Shown here: in pieces, positions 1 to 12,259 of the stretch
Layout of the letters: the number at the start of each line of letters is the position of its first letter
Numbering within the stretch: the first letter of the stretch is position 1
DNA from: Antedon mediterranea
Taxonomy: Eukaryota; Animalia; Echinodermata
Direction: 5' to 3'
NCBI RefSeq assembly: GCF_964355755.1
Contig: NC_092675.1
Coordinates: 2,475,812 to 2,539,811 of the forward strand
DNA: 64,000 nt
Program-made: the position numbers and the translations under genes
Notes under the pieces: generated by a model
The model's input: only the letters and a program-made list of their open reading frames with translations
Database searches by the model: none
Told to the model about the DNA's origin: nothing

Positions 1-53
1 CAGAGAAGTTAGGATTAAGCGATTAATCTTTTCTATTTTTATTTATATTTCAG

Positions 54-165
54 AAACTGTGGGTCAGAAACTTCATCAGCAAAGCGTAGAAAAAATGATG
101 ATAAAGGAACAATTAAATATTTTTTTCAAAACAATAATTATGGAACTTTTCCGTCACACAAATAG
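54..165 (+). CDS. Possible terminal coding exon of an upstream + strand gene (NCGSETSSAKRRKNDDKGTIKYFFQNNNYGTFPSHK*)
   Basis: Pyrimidine tract plus CAG acceptor at 51-53, open frame to TAG at 163-165, basic KRRK cluster and a TIxxFF motif. Short and unconfirmed. Confidence 0.25.
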
Positions 166-537
166 TTAATTTATTTACACTGAACATTTAAGAGGACCCC
201 CATTTGACCCGAAGCCAACCCACATACACTTTGCTATAATAATTAATTGTTCTATTACATATTAATGCCTATGTTGGCTTCATTGCAATGCTGGTATTTT
301 TAAGAATGGCAACAGTAGATTGGAAATTGATTTGTTTCTTGATGATCTCAGTGACGAATGACAATTAATTACAAATTGAAATGGATTACATTATTTGAAT
401 TGAGATGTTGTTCTATTACATTACGTACGTCAATTTTGTTAATGGTAAGCTCTGTCTACACTATTAAACTTGTTTGACAAAAAAAGTATGATGTGCCCAA
501 ATATGGTAGTGGTTATATATATATAGCACTATAAGTT

Positions 538-1143
538 CACATATAGCAATATTAGTGCATATTAACTAAATTTGAAAAGGTCGAAATTTGGGTGATTTTG
601 AAAAAAAATTCCTGTACTATAGTACAGGAATTTTCTCGAAAAATGACCAAATTTTGACCTTTTTATTTTTCGACATAAAGTGGTTCCATGACATTATAAG
701 ATGATGATATGGTACTATATGTGCACATATAGCAATATTAGTGCATATTAACTAAATTTGAAAAGGTCGAAATTTGGGTGATTTTGAAAAAAATTCCTGT
801 ACATAGTACAGGAATTTTCTCGAAAAATGACCAAATTTTGACCTTTTTATTTTTCGACATAAAGTGGTTCCATGACATTATAAGATGATGATATGGTACT
901 ATATGTGCACATATAGCAATATGAGTGCATATTAACTAAATTTGAAAAGGTCGAAATTTTGGTGATTTTGAAAAAAATTCCTGTACTATAGTACAGGAAT
1001 TTTCTCGAAAAATGACCAAATTTTGACCTTTTTATTTTTCGACATAAAGTGGTTCCATGACATTATAAGATGATGATATGGTACTATACGTGCACATATA
1101 GTAATATTAATGCATATTATCTAGATTTGAAAAATGTCGAAAT
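538..1143. repeat. Tandem satellite, ~185-bp unit, ~3.3 copies, with internal palindrome
   Basis: The string ATATAGCAATATTAGTGCATATTAACTAAATTTGAAAAGGTCG recurs at ~541, 727, 911 and 1096. Full units carry TTCCTGTAC(TA)TAGTACAGGAA at the centre of a longer imperfect inverted repeat. Confidence 0.9.
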
Positions 1144-2618
1144 TGTTAAAACTTTATGTAATCACTTTAACATCCACCCCAAACCAGATGTGTACACTAT
1201 TTAAAACCTTATTAAAATAAGAGTCTAAAAAGTTGCAAGAACTACACCAGGCTGAGGTTTAGATTATTTTACTAAAAGATGATACAAGATCACACTCATT
1301 TCAATTACAATAGCCCCTAAATGTAATACAATATAAACAGTGTTTGTTTGTTTGTTTGTTTTATTCGTTTTTCCACACATTTTAAAATTTTAAAAAATGT
1401 TTACAGATTACGAATAAGATAAACACATAACTTAAAAATTACAATAAACATAAAAACATCACAAATGTGCAGATGGAGGTCAAAATAAGTTGCGGACAGT
1501 GAATTTTTATACTAAAGAAATTGAATTAATAATGATTTAATTATTTGAGATTTGTAACGTCACCAATATATTTTTAATTTGATCAATAGGCCTACAATAA
1601 AAAATAATACAAACCGGAAAATCAAACTAAAATAGGATTTTTTCTCTAATATTTCGTAGTACACCTAAAGTTTCACTACGGTATTAACAACTCTTAATCT
1701 AAAACCACAGACGCACTTCCTTGCGTACATGCTCGTAGTAAGAGGGAATTCTCAACATATTACTAGCACTAAAGTGCTTAGGTAAGCCTAGCAACATTCT
1801 CAATGAGTTGCTGTAGCACACCTCCAAAGATTTAATAGTTTTTACAATGTGGTTACACCATAACATCATGTTCTAGACCATACTGCTCACATATTTTAAC
1901 CATATGTTTAACCCATATATTATGTGCATGTGTAAGTAAGTAGTAAATATCTTTTTAACCTATGTATTTGAATATCCAAGTATATCACTTTTTAAAGTGG
2001 CAGTGATTCAGTGAATATAGAATTGATTTATTTGTGAGAACATCTCTGAATTATATTTTCAATCTTTTAATACATGTTTTATTAAATATACTCGACCTAG
2101 TGTAAGGGTGTTTTTATGAATGGCAACAGTAGATTCGAAACTAGATTGGTTTCATGATGATTTCGTTGCTCAATCACAATACTGGACCAAGATGACAATG
2201 GACTTCCAATGAAATGATTCGATTCTGTAATGTAAACAAGAATATTGAGTTATATTAATACTACATCTTTTAAAAACGTTTGGGAACTTCCACCGAGAAA
2301 CTAAAGACTAGGCACTCTGGACCCATGGCAGTCACTGTGCAGCGCCTACCACTATAAAGCACTGCGACGTTGGAGTTTATAAAGATGCACTAAAGTCCTT
2401 ATAGATTATCAGAGAATTGTTCAACCACCGGAACACAATGGTCGATATGGTTAAAATAGTGCGGCCTTGTGTTAGGTTGTGGAAATATTGGTAGGAGTAT
2501 GTCCAACACTTGATTTAAGTGATCTAAATACTAAAGATGATATGATGATACATATGATAATGCTGATCAAAGGGGCTATTAATACTTCATTTGTTTAATT
2601 AGTTCGTATTTTACATAC

Positions 2619-4238
2619 TAAAGCATATTTCTTGTTCCAAGAGAGACAGAAGGTAATTATCGTTATCGAAACGTTTACTGCTTGGTGATTGCAATTTCGA
2701 TATGTCTTTTGCTGAGAATGTTGCAGGAACCATCTGTTTCACATAGTTGAACAAATCGATCTAAAAAATTAACATGTATATAATATTATCTATAAAAACA
2801 AAGTATATATTAACAATTGACAATACTATTTTATCAACGTCCATACGGTTATCGTGCTTTACACAATCATTTCTACAATAAACGTTGATCACGTGATAAC
2901 AATAAATGACTCGCACGAAAAGATGTCCAGAAGCGATTTTTTCGGTGCATAATTTCATATCACTTTATCGCATTTTATTTTAATTTTAAGCTAAGCTTAA
3001 CAAACTATTTAAGTACATAGACAGAACCAAAACTGTGCCAAGGAATCAGCTGAAACGTCCTAATGCCTCGCATGCGCACAATAGATTGCCATGACGTAAC
3101 TATGGAAAGATACCTATAATAATTTGTATAGACCGGGGATAATATTTAGCTCTAATCATAATTTGTCATGTGATTGATAAAATTCTTACCGCCGAGTCGT
3201 GCGTGAAAGCCAGGTAAATTTTCGTCAAATTGAGCATCTTCATTTGATCCACCAACACCCTGGCGACTAATTGTCGATCAAGACGAGCTAGTTTACAATG
3301 ATCCTTGGTACTATACGAGTCATTAGCTCTGCACCTAAAGAAACATATAATATACTATGAATAATATAACACATATGACAAATGTATCGGTTAAAATTAA
3401 TTTAAAACAAAGCAGAAAGTCATTGACAAAGAGTTTTCAAAAGCTGAAACTAATTATGAGAACTGTCGGCGTTTTCAAATAAGAAAACTCCAGTGACGTC
3501 ATTTATTAGAAATAAAACTTACCAAAAACTCTGATACTCGTCATTGAGTCTCCAGTGAACGGCAAGAAGTCCATCAGCATTCCATAACTGTTTAGATAAT
3601 AATTTCTGATGATCTTGTATCCAAACAGGTCTCCGTAAATGTTTAAATAGCTGGTTATGCAGATCACGCCTTCCACGGAATACGACGGAAGCATCTCCAT
3701 ACGGGTAGATATAACCTAAACATCTATCAAAAACATCCCTGCCAACAATCTTAATTACGGATAAGATATTTTCTAAAATGAATAAATTATCTCCAATAGG
3801 TGGTACAGTTACGTCACTGAACTTCCGTATGAACCACATGTACGTGTTTAGTTGGGCCGCAAAATCTTCTTTCCAGCGACCGGCCACGCCATTCACCATG
3901 GCTGTGACAACATGACCACAGTCGGCTACAAACTGGTGTTCGGTAGAAATCTTAATAAACTTACTAAGTTCCTCTAAATCTATCGTTTCATTCATGGTAT
4001 ATACTTTATTCACAGTTCCAGTTGGATGATCAAAGAATGGACTTGGAACAAGAGTTCGGTTTGTAAGATGGGCAAAAGCAATGGCTGCAGTTAAGGCTTG
4101 TAATTGATTATTCGGTCCTTGATTTCCAGCGAAAAAAGGATAAATATATCTAGGTTTTATTATATTAGTTTTCGATACTTCAATTTGTGGCGAATGCGAA
4201 CGTTGATTTATAGAAAATTTCGTTTGAGTGGATTGATT
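2619..4238 (-). CDS. GDP-fucose protein O-fucosyltransferase family (O-FucT / POFUT-like) gene, copy 1; first and last exons not resolved
   Basis: Phase-compatible GT-AG exons 4238-3523, 3334-3190 and 2760-2619. The translation contains GPNNQLQALTAAIAFAHLTNRTLVPSPF (cf. O-FucT GxNNQ...LNRTLVLPP), LLAVHWR (cf. YLAVHLR), KIYLA and SLLEQEIC (cf. AxxDQxIC) in the expected order. Confidence 0.65.
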
Positions 4239-4810
4239 CTAAATTTAAAAAGAAAAGTAAGAAAGTATATATTTCTGTTAATATAAAAGCAGCTAATAGG
4301 AAAATAAATAAAACTAGCAGGTATACAATTTTCCAATAATGAATAAAAGGGAATTAAAAGGTGCCCCCAGCTGGAACGGCGCTGGTATCGTACGTGCGGT
4401 TTAAAAGGAGATAGAGGAACACATTTTGGCTTAGGGCTATTATATTATAAATAGTCATAAAATGAATAAAATAGTAACAAAATAGTCGTATTGTAAGTTT
4501 GCATACCACGTACCCACAGACCAGAGAAACAAAAGATTTTATGATAGTGGATAATAAATTTGGTTGATAATGCTCTCTGAAAGTATTGTCCCCATCTCCC
4601 CTTTAAAATGGGATGAAAGGTTTGAAGTTCATAAAAGTATAAATGCGAATTGCGGGTTGATTTTAAACTCAAATATTTCAAAAAAATAAATCAATAAGCA
4701 CACTACTAAAGGATTCCTATGCTTCATGTCACACTTGAACGGAAAACGGCGCCGTTTCGTTAAATAAATAAGAAACATCACTATAACACATATAGGCCTA
4801 ATGTTTAACT

Positions 4811-4877
4811 TTGTCAAGCGCCTTTGAACATTATTTTTATGGATACCGGCGCTATATAAGTCTGATTGATTGATTGA

Positions 4878-4949
<72 letters not shown>

Positions 4950-4968
4950 ATTGATTGATTGATTGATT
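4811..4968 (+). mobile_element. L2/SINE-type 3' tail fragment with (GATT)n tail, nested in a small inverted-repeat element (~4729-5023); absent from duplicate copy 2
   Basis: TGTCAAGCGCCTTTGAACA...GGCGCTATATAAGTC followed by (GATT)n; flanked by TCACACTTGAACGG...GGAACAAGTGTGA. Confidence 0.5.
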
Positions 4969-6641
4969 GGTATACATAATTGAACGGTGCAGTCTTCCGT
5001 TCCGTGAAACGGAACAAGTGTGAATATATAGTTTAAAAGCTTTCTAGTCCACAAATATAGTTAAATATTGATATTAATATTGTAGTCACAGTTTAAAATA
5101 TAATATGCATGATAATATTATTTTTACTAGTAGGCATAATAATCTGTATCTTAATTAATTACCGGAAATGATTAAAAATTCTTTAATTTTAGACAGTTTT
5201 CAAATATTTTTAAATTCACTTAAATCACATGTTTTATATTGACTTTGTTGAATCGACTATTATGTATTTTACCCGTTTATTTTATATTGACACTGTTGAT
5301 TCGTCTATTTGTTTTTTAATATTTTTATATAGTTTATTTTATATAATTGTTGTTACTTTGGGAGAACGGAACCTGAACTCTTGTTATAGTGATTAGGTTC
5401 ACTTTTAGGTTCCTGCCTACTCCCTTAGTTTTTGTGTTTTGTTTTTTTGTAACTGGTTTTTGGCAATAAATAATAATAATAATAATAATAATAATTAATT
5501 TCATTAAAAACGCCTCAAAATGTTCTCAATGGAACATTCTTTTCCCGCGCGGTCTCAAGGTAGGGGATACTCGATCCCCAAATGCTCCAAATTTCGGATC
5601 ACATTGTTTGGCAAATGCTTAAAATTGCGAGAAACATCTAAAATACTGCACAGTAAGGGTCAAGCTTTAATAACCGTATTAAAAAAAAATTGAAACAATT
5701 ATAATTATTATTATAACGTAATTTCAATGATTAAAAGATATACTTACATAACAAATTTGTCTTATTTCGTTCTGCAGAATGTCCTCTTTGTCATTCTGAT
5801 AGATTAACCACTCAAAATATTGGTAATTTGTTGCAAAAACAAAAGCAAGTCCAAATCCAAGTAGAACAACTTTTTTTGTGAAACGCATTGTTGCCTAGTA
5901 GGCTACTAAATGATTGCAATGCTTTGTATTTTGTATTTGTCAAAAAAACACCGAACGCGATAGGATTGTTAGAAGAATAGTGAACTTGTGAGCGGCGGCG
6001 TTAACACGACTTCGTTGATTTAACTTTTAACTGTCAAAACAACCATTGATCGTAATCCGCGTTGGTGTGTGTTTTTTTTAATAAGGTACGTCGTCAAAAA
6101 TACACTTACCATACGTTTGTAATTTTTAATTTATCAAATTGCGCTTGATGTAACATTTAAATTTTCAGATGATGATTTTAGTCAATAATGTAATATGTTT
6201 TCTAACTATGAAGTTACGGTACCGTAAAGCAAATGTAAGGTGTGTTGTCAATAATAAACTTACCATACGTTTTTAATTGTTTAAACTTAATTTTAATTGA
6301 TCAAATTGCGATTGTTTCAAAATTAGAATGTCCAGATGATGTTTTTCAAGTTACGGAACGGATCATTTAAACTTGCCATAAGTCTCTAGTTGTTTGTTGT
6401 TGAAACTGTGATTGATGTAAAATGAAATACGGATGAAGGATTTTGTTTGTCCTTGCCACGAGATCGTGTCTCTTTTAATGTATTAATCTTACTTTTTTCG
6501 TCATTTTCATCAATGTACAATGAAATACCTTGATAATGGTTTAGTTAATAATATAATATACTGTAGTGTGATCATTTGTTAATGAAAGTACGGTACTGAA
6601 CATGGTCAATGCCATGAGAACGAGTCTCTTATAATGTATTA

Positions 6642-6815
6642 AGGTCAATTTACACACACGAGCGGTAACGGTAAGCGGAAAACCGCCCTTGTAGAATCTG
6701 TATATATCCTGTGCAGGAACCGCCCGTCCGCTCTGAATTGTGTGTAAATGGTCATAGGAATAACATAGATTCTATATTTTTATTACCGTTACCGCAAGTC
6801 TGTGTAAATTGGCCT
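6642..6815. mobile_element. PIF/Harbinger-like MITE
   Basis: TIRs AGGTCAATTTACACA / TGTGTAAATTGGCCT in a TAA/TTA context; degenerate counterpart at ~12410-12545. Confidence 0.55.
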
Positions 6816-7228
6816 TTAATTTTCCTTTTTACGTCAGTGTGATCGATGTTAAATGAAGTAGTGGTTTACAAAGGTAACAACGACAATGTCAACGGGAATG
6901 CAGTGATAATGTTAAACTTTCTCACCAAGAAATATCCTAACAAACACCCATAATAACACAGAAACTGAAAGTTAAATCTCATACCTATTATTGGCTGTTC
7001 TAAGAAAATAATTGTTTAACAATTCAGAGAACTAAACAACAATGATATAAACATGTGGTACAAATGATATGAACATACTGTGCAAATACTATTAAAATAT
7101 AATAATAAACGTAGAAAAATAATCAATAATCAAAATATACCGTATAATTCTAAAATTATTATAGTTTTAAATGTTTCCTTTATTGCACGCCATTCCTGAG
7201 TATATTAGCATACATAAAGTTCGGATCG

Positions 7229-7398
7229 AAGCCCCGATCACCCAAGCCCCGAACCCAAGCCCTAAACCCAAGCCCCGAACCCAAGCCCTGAACCCTGGCC
7301 CCGAACCCACCAAGGCCGGCCCCGAACCCAAGCCCTGAACCCTGGCCCCGAACCCAAGCCCCGAACTCACCCAGGCCCGAACCCAAGCCCCGAACCCT
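7229..7398. repeat. GC-rich minisatellite, ~13-bp unit CCCAAGCCCCGAA; contracted in copy 2 (~12919-12976)
   Basis: Tandem repeats are directly visible; they explain the low-complexity ORFs at 7167-7413. Confidence 0.85.
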
Positions 7399-7588
7399 GG
7401 GGTTAGTTAACAAACACCTATACTACACTAAGTAAAATACATAGACGTATATCCATAACCCATACCTCATGATTAAAGGGTAATTTTTGCCACTATAACA
7501 GGTATTCGGTAAGTTCATTTAGATATCCAACTCATAGCTTAGTGGATAATATTAAACAAAAATCCTCATACAAAAAATATGTAATATA

Positions 7589-7823
7589 CAGTAGAACCAC
7601 TATTAAGGGGACATCTTGGGGGCTCAAAACAAAGAATTCACTTGATAGGTGTCCATAGGAGTTGGCCGTAAAACATGAATAGATAAATGGATGCATAGAT
7701 TTTTTGCAATCCATATTATACACAAATTGAAATTGAAAATTAAATTAAAAAACAGTTATAAAAATACACAAATTTCCCCTGCTTGTTTCACAGAAACATC
7801 TCCATTGAATACGGTTTCTACTG
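7589..7823. mobile_element. Tc1/mariner(pogo)-like MITE (CAGTAGAACC...GGTTTCTACTG); relatives at ~13167-13393, ~19455-19623, ~36850
   Basis: TA|CAGTAGAACCACTATTAAGGGGACA left end and GGTTTCTACTG right end; dispersed copies share the TTAAGGGGACAC / GGTGTCCCCTTAATAGAGG motifs. Confidence 0.5.
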
Positions 7824-7837
7824 TGATACGATAGTAA

Positions 7838-8031
7838 AGCTCTGTCAAACTAGTTTGAAAAAAATAGTGCGAGATGACCAAACATAGTAGTGATATGCCC
7901 AAATATAGTAGTGATATGCCCAAATATAGTAGTGATATGCTCAAATATGGTAGTGATATCCCCAAATATAGTAGTGACATGCTCAAATATGGTAGTGATA
8001 TGACATAAAGTTTGATAGTGTAGACAGAGCT
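7838..8031. mobile_element. PIF/Harbinger-like MITE family AGCTCTGTCTACACTATCAAACT; copies or fragments also at ~448, 13408-13598, ~20070-20200, ~20780-20910, ~33740-33775, 36913-37280, ~45130-45203
   Basis: TIRs AGCTCTGTC...GACAGAGCT flanked by TAA/TTA; internal ~21-bp tandem unit ATATGGTAGTGATATGCCCAA. Confidence 0.65.
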
Positions 8032-8540
8032 TTATACTAGTTACAAACAAGATGTTAATATATACAGTTTACACATAGTGTTGTATTGGTGGTGGCGGTA
8101 AAAACTAGTTGAAGATTAACAGTATTCAAATCGTTGAGAGTCGGCTGCTGGGGTTGGGGCTTATTTTGACGAGGGTAGAGGAAGCTCTGTAGTACAGTAG
8201 CAGGTATCAACTTTGGCAACATGGATTAATAATCACACTACTGAATTTGAATCACTTGATCACATGATATTGCTAATTGAATAGGATACAGTGATACACA
8301 CTGCATACAGCCACCATCACACAACATACACTCACCATCACACTTGTTCCCATTCATCCAATTTTTCCAAATTCAAACCGTTGGAAGGACTTTGTGCCAC
8401 ACATGTATAACACGTGACACTGTATCAGGCCATACGCATATGATACATAACTTAATAAATGCGTCATGTGATACATATTTGAAACTCAAACGATATTTGA
8501 CATTTACTTCAACAACAAGCTATCCACACTCATAATCATC

Positions 8541-8850
8541 ATGTCTTCTGAAAAAGGCAGTGGCTATCAAAGATGATCATTTTCATCCGGCCTCTAGTAT
8601 GTTCCAGTTGATGCGCAGCGGTCGGCGATTTCGTTCTATTAAGGCCAATAAGGCACGATTTACAAATAGTTTCTTTCCAGGATCTATTAGAGCCTTAAAT
8701 ATGATGTAGACTTTTTTTTGTAATGTTTTTGTTTTTGAGTTCGTGTTGTGTCCGTTGGATATTGTGCTCCGCCAACAGAGCAAACAGAATTTCTATGTTT
8801 TTCCTAAAACAAATGATAATAAATGATACTTGACTTGACTTGACTTGACT
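8541..8850 (+). mobile_element. 5'-truncated Rex1/Babar-type LINE 3' end with (ACTTG)n tail; a second, shorter copy at ~16540-16690
   Basis: Translates to KKAVAIKDDHFHPASSMFQLMRSGRRFRSIKANKARFTNSFFPGSIRALN, matching the Rex1/Babar C-terminal HPxxxLFxLLPSGRRYRS...SFFPxAIRLLN motif. The 3'UTR and tail are shared with the 16.6-kb copy. Confidence 0.7.
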
Positions 8851-9633
8851 ATAACTTCGCTTGTCATTGGTTAAAACGCTTGCGTTGCGTTTACGTCCTT
8901 ACTTTACGTTCTAGTGGGAACCAAGCTTATTCAAAAACTCTGATTTTAACGAGTTACATTTTTTGCAATAACACCACCAGGACCACAAAGACAGGCTCCA
9001 TTCACAAGAGGATATTTGGTAGTGATTCAATGAATATAGAATTAATTTATTTGTGAGAATATCTCTGAATTATATTTTCAATCTTTTAATACATGTTTTA
9101 TTAAATATACTCGACCTAGTGTAAGGGTGTTTTTATGAATGGCAACAGTAGATTCGAAACTAGATTGGTTTCATGATGATTTCGTTGCTCAATCACAATA
9201 CTGGACCAAGATGACAATGGACTTCCAATGAAATGATTCGATTCTGTAATGTAAACAAGAATATTGAGTTATTACTACATCTTTTTAAAAACGTTTGGGA
9301 ACTTCCACCGAGAAACTAAAGACTAGGCACTCTGGACCCATGGCAGTCACTGTGCCGCGCCTACCACTATAAAGCACTGCGACGTTGGAGTTTATAAAGA
9401 TGCACTAAAGTCCTTATAGATTATCAGAGAATTGTTCAACCACCGGAACACAATGGTCGATATGGTTAAAATAGTGCGGCCTTGTGTTAGGTTGTGGAAA
9501 TATTGGTAGGAGTATGTCCAACACTTGATTTAAGTGATCTAAATACTAAAGATGATATGATGATACATATGATAATGCTGATCAAAGGGGCTATTAATAC
9601 TTCATTTGTTTAATTAGTTCGTATTTTACATAC

Positions 9634-11142
9634 TAAAGCATATTTCTTGTTCCAAGAGAGACAAATAATAATTATCGTTATTGAAACGTTTACTGCTAGG
9701 TGATTGCAAGTTCAATATGTCTTTTGCCGAGAATGTTGCAGGAACCATCTGTTTCACAAAGTTGAACAAATCGATCTGGAAAATTAACATGTATATAATA
9801 TTATCTATGAAAAGAAAGTATATATTAACAATTGACAATAATATTTCATCAACGTACATTGTTATCATTTCTACAATAAACGTTGATCGTGATAACAATA
9901 AATGACTCGCACGAAACGATGTTTCCAGAAGCGATTTTGTCGGTGCATAATTCCATATCACTCTATCGCATTTCATTTTAATTTTAAGCTAAGCTTAACA
10001 AACTATTTAAGTACATAGACAGAACCAAAACTGTGCCAAGGAATCAACTGAAACGTCTAATGCCCCGCATGCGCACAATAGATTGTCATGAAGTAACTAT
10101 GGAAAGAGAAACGTGATTAATAAAATTCTTACTGCCGAGTCGTGTGTGAAAGCAAGGTAAATTTTCGTCAAATTGAGCATCTTCATTTGATCCACCAACA
10201 CCCTGGCGACTAATTGTCGATCAAGACGCGCTAGTTTGCAGTGATCCTTGGTACTATACGAGTCATTAGCTCTGCACCTAAAGAAACATATACTATGAAT
10301 AATATAACACATATGATTAAAAATATATCATCAAAAAGAGTTTGCAAAAGCTGACAAATTATGGGAAATATCGGTGTTTTAAATAAGGAAACTCCAATGA
10401 CGTCATTTATTAGAAATAAAACTTACCAAATCCTCTGATACTCCTCGTTAAGTCTCCAGTGAACGGCAAGAAGTCCATCAGCATTCCATAACTGTTTAGA
10501 TAATGATGTCTGATGATCTTGTATCCACACAGGTCTACGTAAATGTTTAAATAGCTTGTTATGCAGATCACGCCTTCCATGGAAAACGACGGAAGCATCT
10601 CCATAAGGATAAATATAACCTAAACATCTATCAAAAACATCTCTGCCAACAATCTTAATTACGGATAAGATATTTTCTAAAATAAATAAATTATCTCCAA
10701 TAGGTGGTACAGTTACGTCACTGAACTTCCGTATGAACCACATGTACGTGTGTAGTTGGGCAGCAAAATCTTCTTTCCAGCGACCGGCCAAGCCATTCAC
10801 CATGGCTGTGACAACATGACCACAGTCGGCTACAAACTGGTGTTCGGTAGAAATCTTAATAAACTTACTAAGTTCCTCTAAATCTATCGTTTCATTCATG
10901 GTATATACTTTATTCACAGTTCCAGTTGGATGATCAAAGAATGGACTTGGAACAAGAGTTCGGTTTGTAAGATGGGCAAAAGCAATGGCTGCAGTTAAGG
11001 CTTGTAATTGATTATTCGGTCCTTGATTTCCAGCGAAAAAAGGATAAATATATCTAGGTTTTATTATATTAGTTTTCGATACTTCAATTTGTGGCGAATG
11101 CGAACGTTGATTTATAGACGATTTCGTTTGAGTGGATTGATT
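9634..11142 (-). CDS. O-FucT / POFUT-like gene, copy 2; first and last exons not resolved
   Basis: Exons 11142-10427, 10277-10133 and 9775-9634 have the same lengths, phases and motifs as copy 1, with several amino-acid substitutions and no stops in these exons. Confidence 0.65.
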
Positions 11143-12229
11143 CTAAATTTAAAAAGAAAAGTAAGAATATATATTTATGTAAATGCAAAAGCTGCTAATA
11201 GGAAAATAAAAGTAGCAAAATAAATAAATCAAATTTTTCGATAATAGATAAAAGAAATTAAAAGGGGTCTCATCTCTTCGAACGGCGCTTTTATTATCGT
11301 ACGAGATAAAGGAACACATTTTGGTTTAGTGCTATTATATTATAGTCATAAAATAGTCATGAAATAGTCGTATTGTAAGTTTGCATACCACGTAGCCACA
11401 GACCAGAGAAACAAAGGATGTTATGTTAGTGGATAATAAATGTGGTTGATAATGCTCTCTGGAAGTATTGTCCCCATCTCCCCTTTAAAATGGGATGAAA
11501 GGTTTGAAGTTCATAAAAATCAACCCGCGAATTGCGGGTTGATTTTAAACTCAAATATTTTATCAATAGGCACACTACTAAAGGGTTCCTATGCTTAGGC
11601 ATGATAATATTTGTTTTTAATAGTATAGGCATAATAATCTGTATCTTATTTAAATAATTTCATTAAACACCCCTCAAAATGTGCTCAAATGATTTGTTTT
11701 CGCGCGCGGTCTCAAGGTAAGGGATACTCTTCCCCCAAATGCCACTGAAATTTCGGATCACATGGGCAAATGCTCGAAATTGCGAGAAACATCTAAAATA
11801 CTGCACAGTAAGGATCAAGCTTTAATAACCGTATTAAAATTAAATTCAACAAAATATAATTATTATTATAACGTAATTTCAATGTTTAAAAGATATACTT
11901 ACATAACAAATTTGTCTTATTTCATTCTGCAGAATGTCCTCTTTGTCATTTTGATAGATTAACCACTCAAAATATTGGTAATATGTTGCAAAAACAAAAG
12001 CAAGTCCAAATCCAAGTAGAACAACTTTTTTAGTGAAACGCATTGTTACGTAGTAGGCTACTAAATGATTGCAATGCTTTGTATTTTTGTATTTGTTGAA
12101 AAAACACCGAACGCGATAGGATTGTCAGAAGAATAGTGAATTTGTGAGAGGCGGCGTTAACACGACTCTGTTGATTTAACTTTTAACTGTCAAAACAACC
12201 ATTGATCGTAATCCGCGTTGGTGTGCGTG

Positions 12230-12259
12230 CAGGGAAGAGTTAAATTTAACTCTTCCCTG
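12230..12259. mobile_element. 30-bp perfect palindrome insertion (two 15-bp arms, no spacer)
   Basis: CAGGGAAGAGTTAAA-TTTAACTCTTCCCTG flanked by GTGTGCGTG / GTGTGTGTG; absent at the paralogous site ~6065. Confidence 0.6.

Larger units (their letters stand above)
2002..9019. repeat. Tandem segmental duplication, copy 1
   Basis: Colinear with 9020-14904, from AGTGATTCA.TGAATATAGAATT to CACAAGAGGATATTTGGT. The copies differ by TE and minisatellite indels. Confidence 0.9.

Noticed and set aside
55-85. Other CTGATGA occurrences (72-79 on minus, ~25102, ~44886, ~59431) as hammerheads
   Set aside because: No stem II plus GAAA arrangement follows them.
538-1143. CRISPR-like array of palindromic repeats
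   Set aside because: The sequence between palindromes is also repeated (no unique spacers), the context is eukaryotic and there are no cas genes.
4814-5017. (NQSI)n ORF
   Set aside because: (GATT)n microsatellite.
7167-7413. Gly/Leu-rich ORFs
   Set aside because: Translation of a 13-bp minisatellite that is contracted in the duplicate copy.
7756-8050. Hydrophobic repeat ORFs (LLYLGIS)n, also at 13311-13617
   Set aside because: Internal 21-bp repeats of a MITE.
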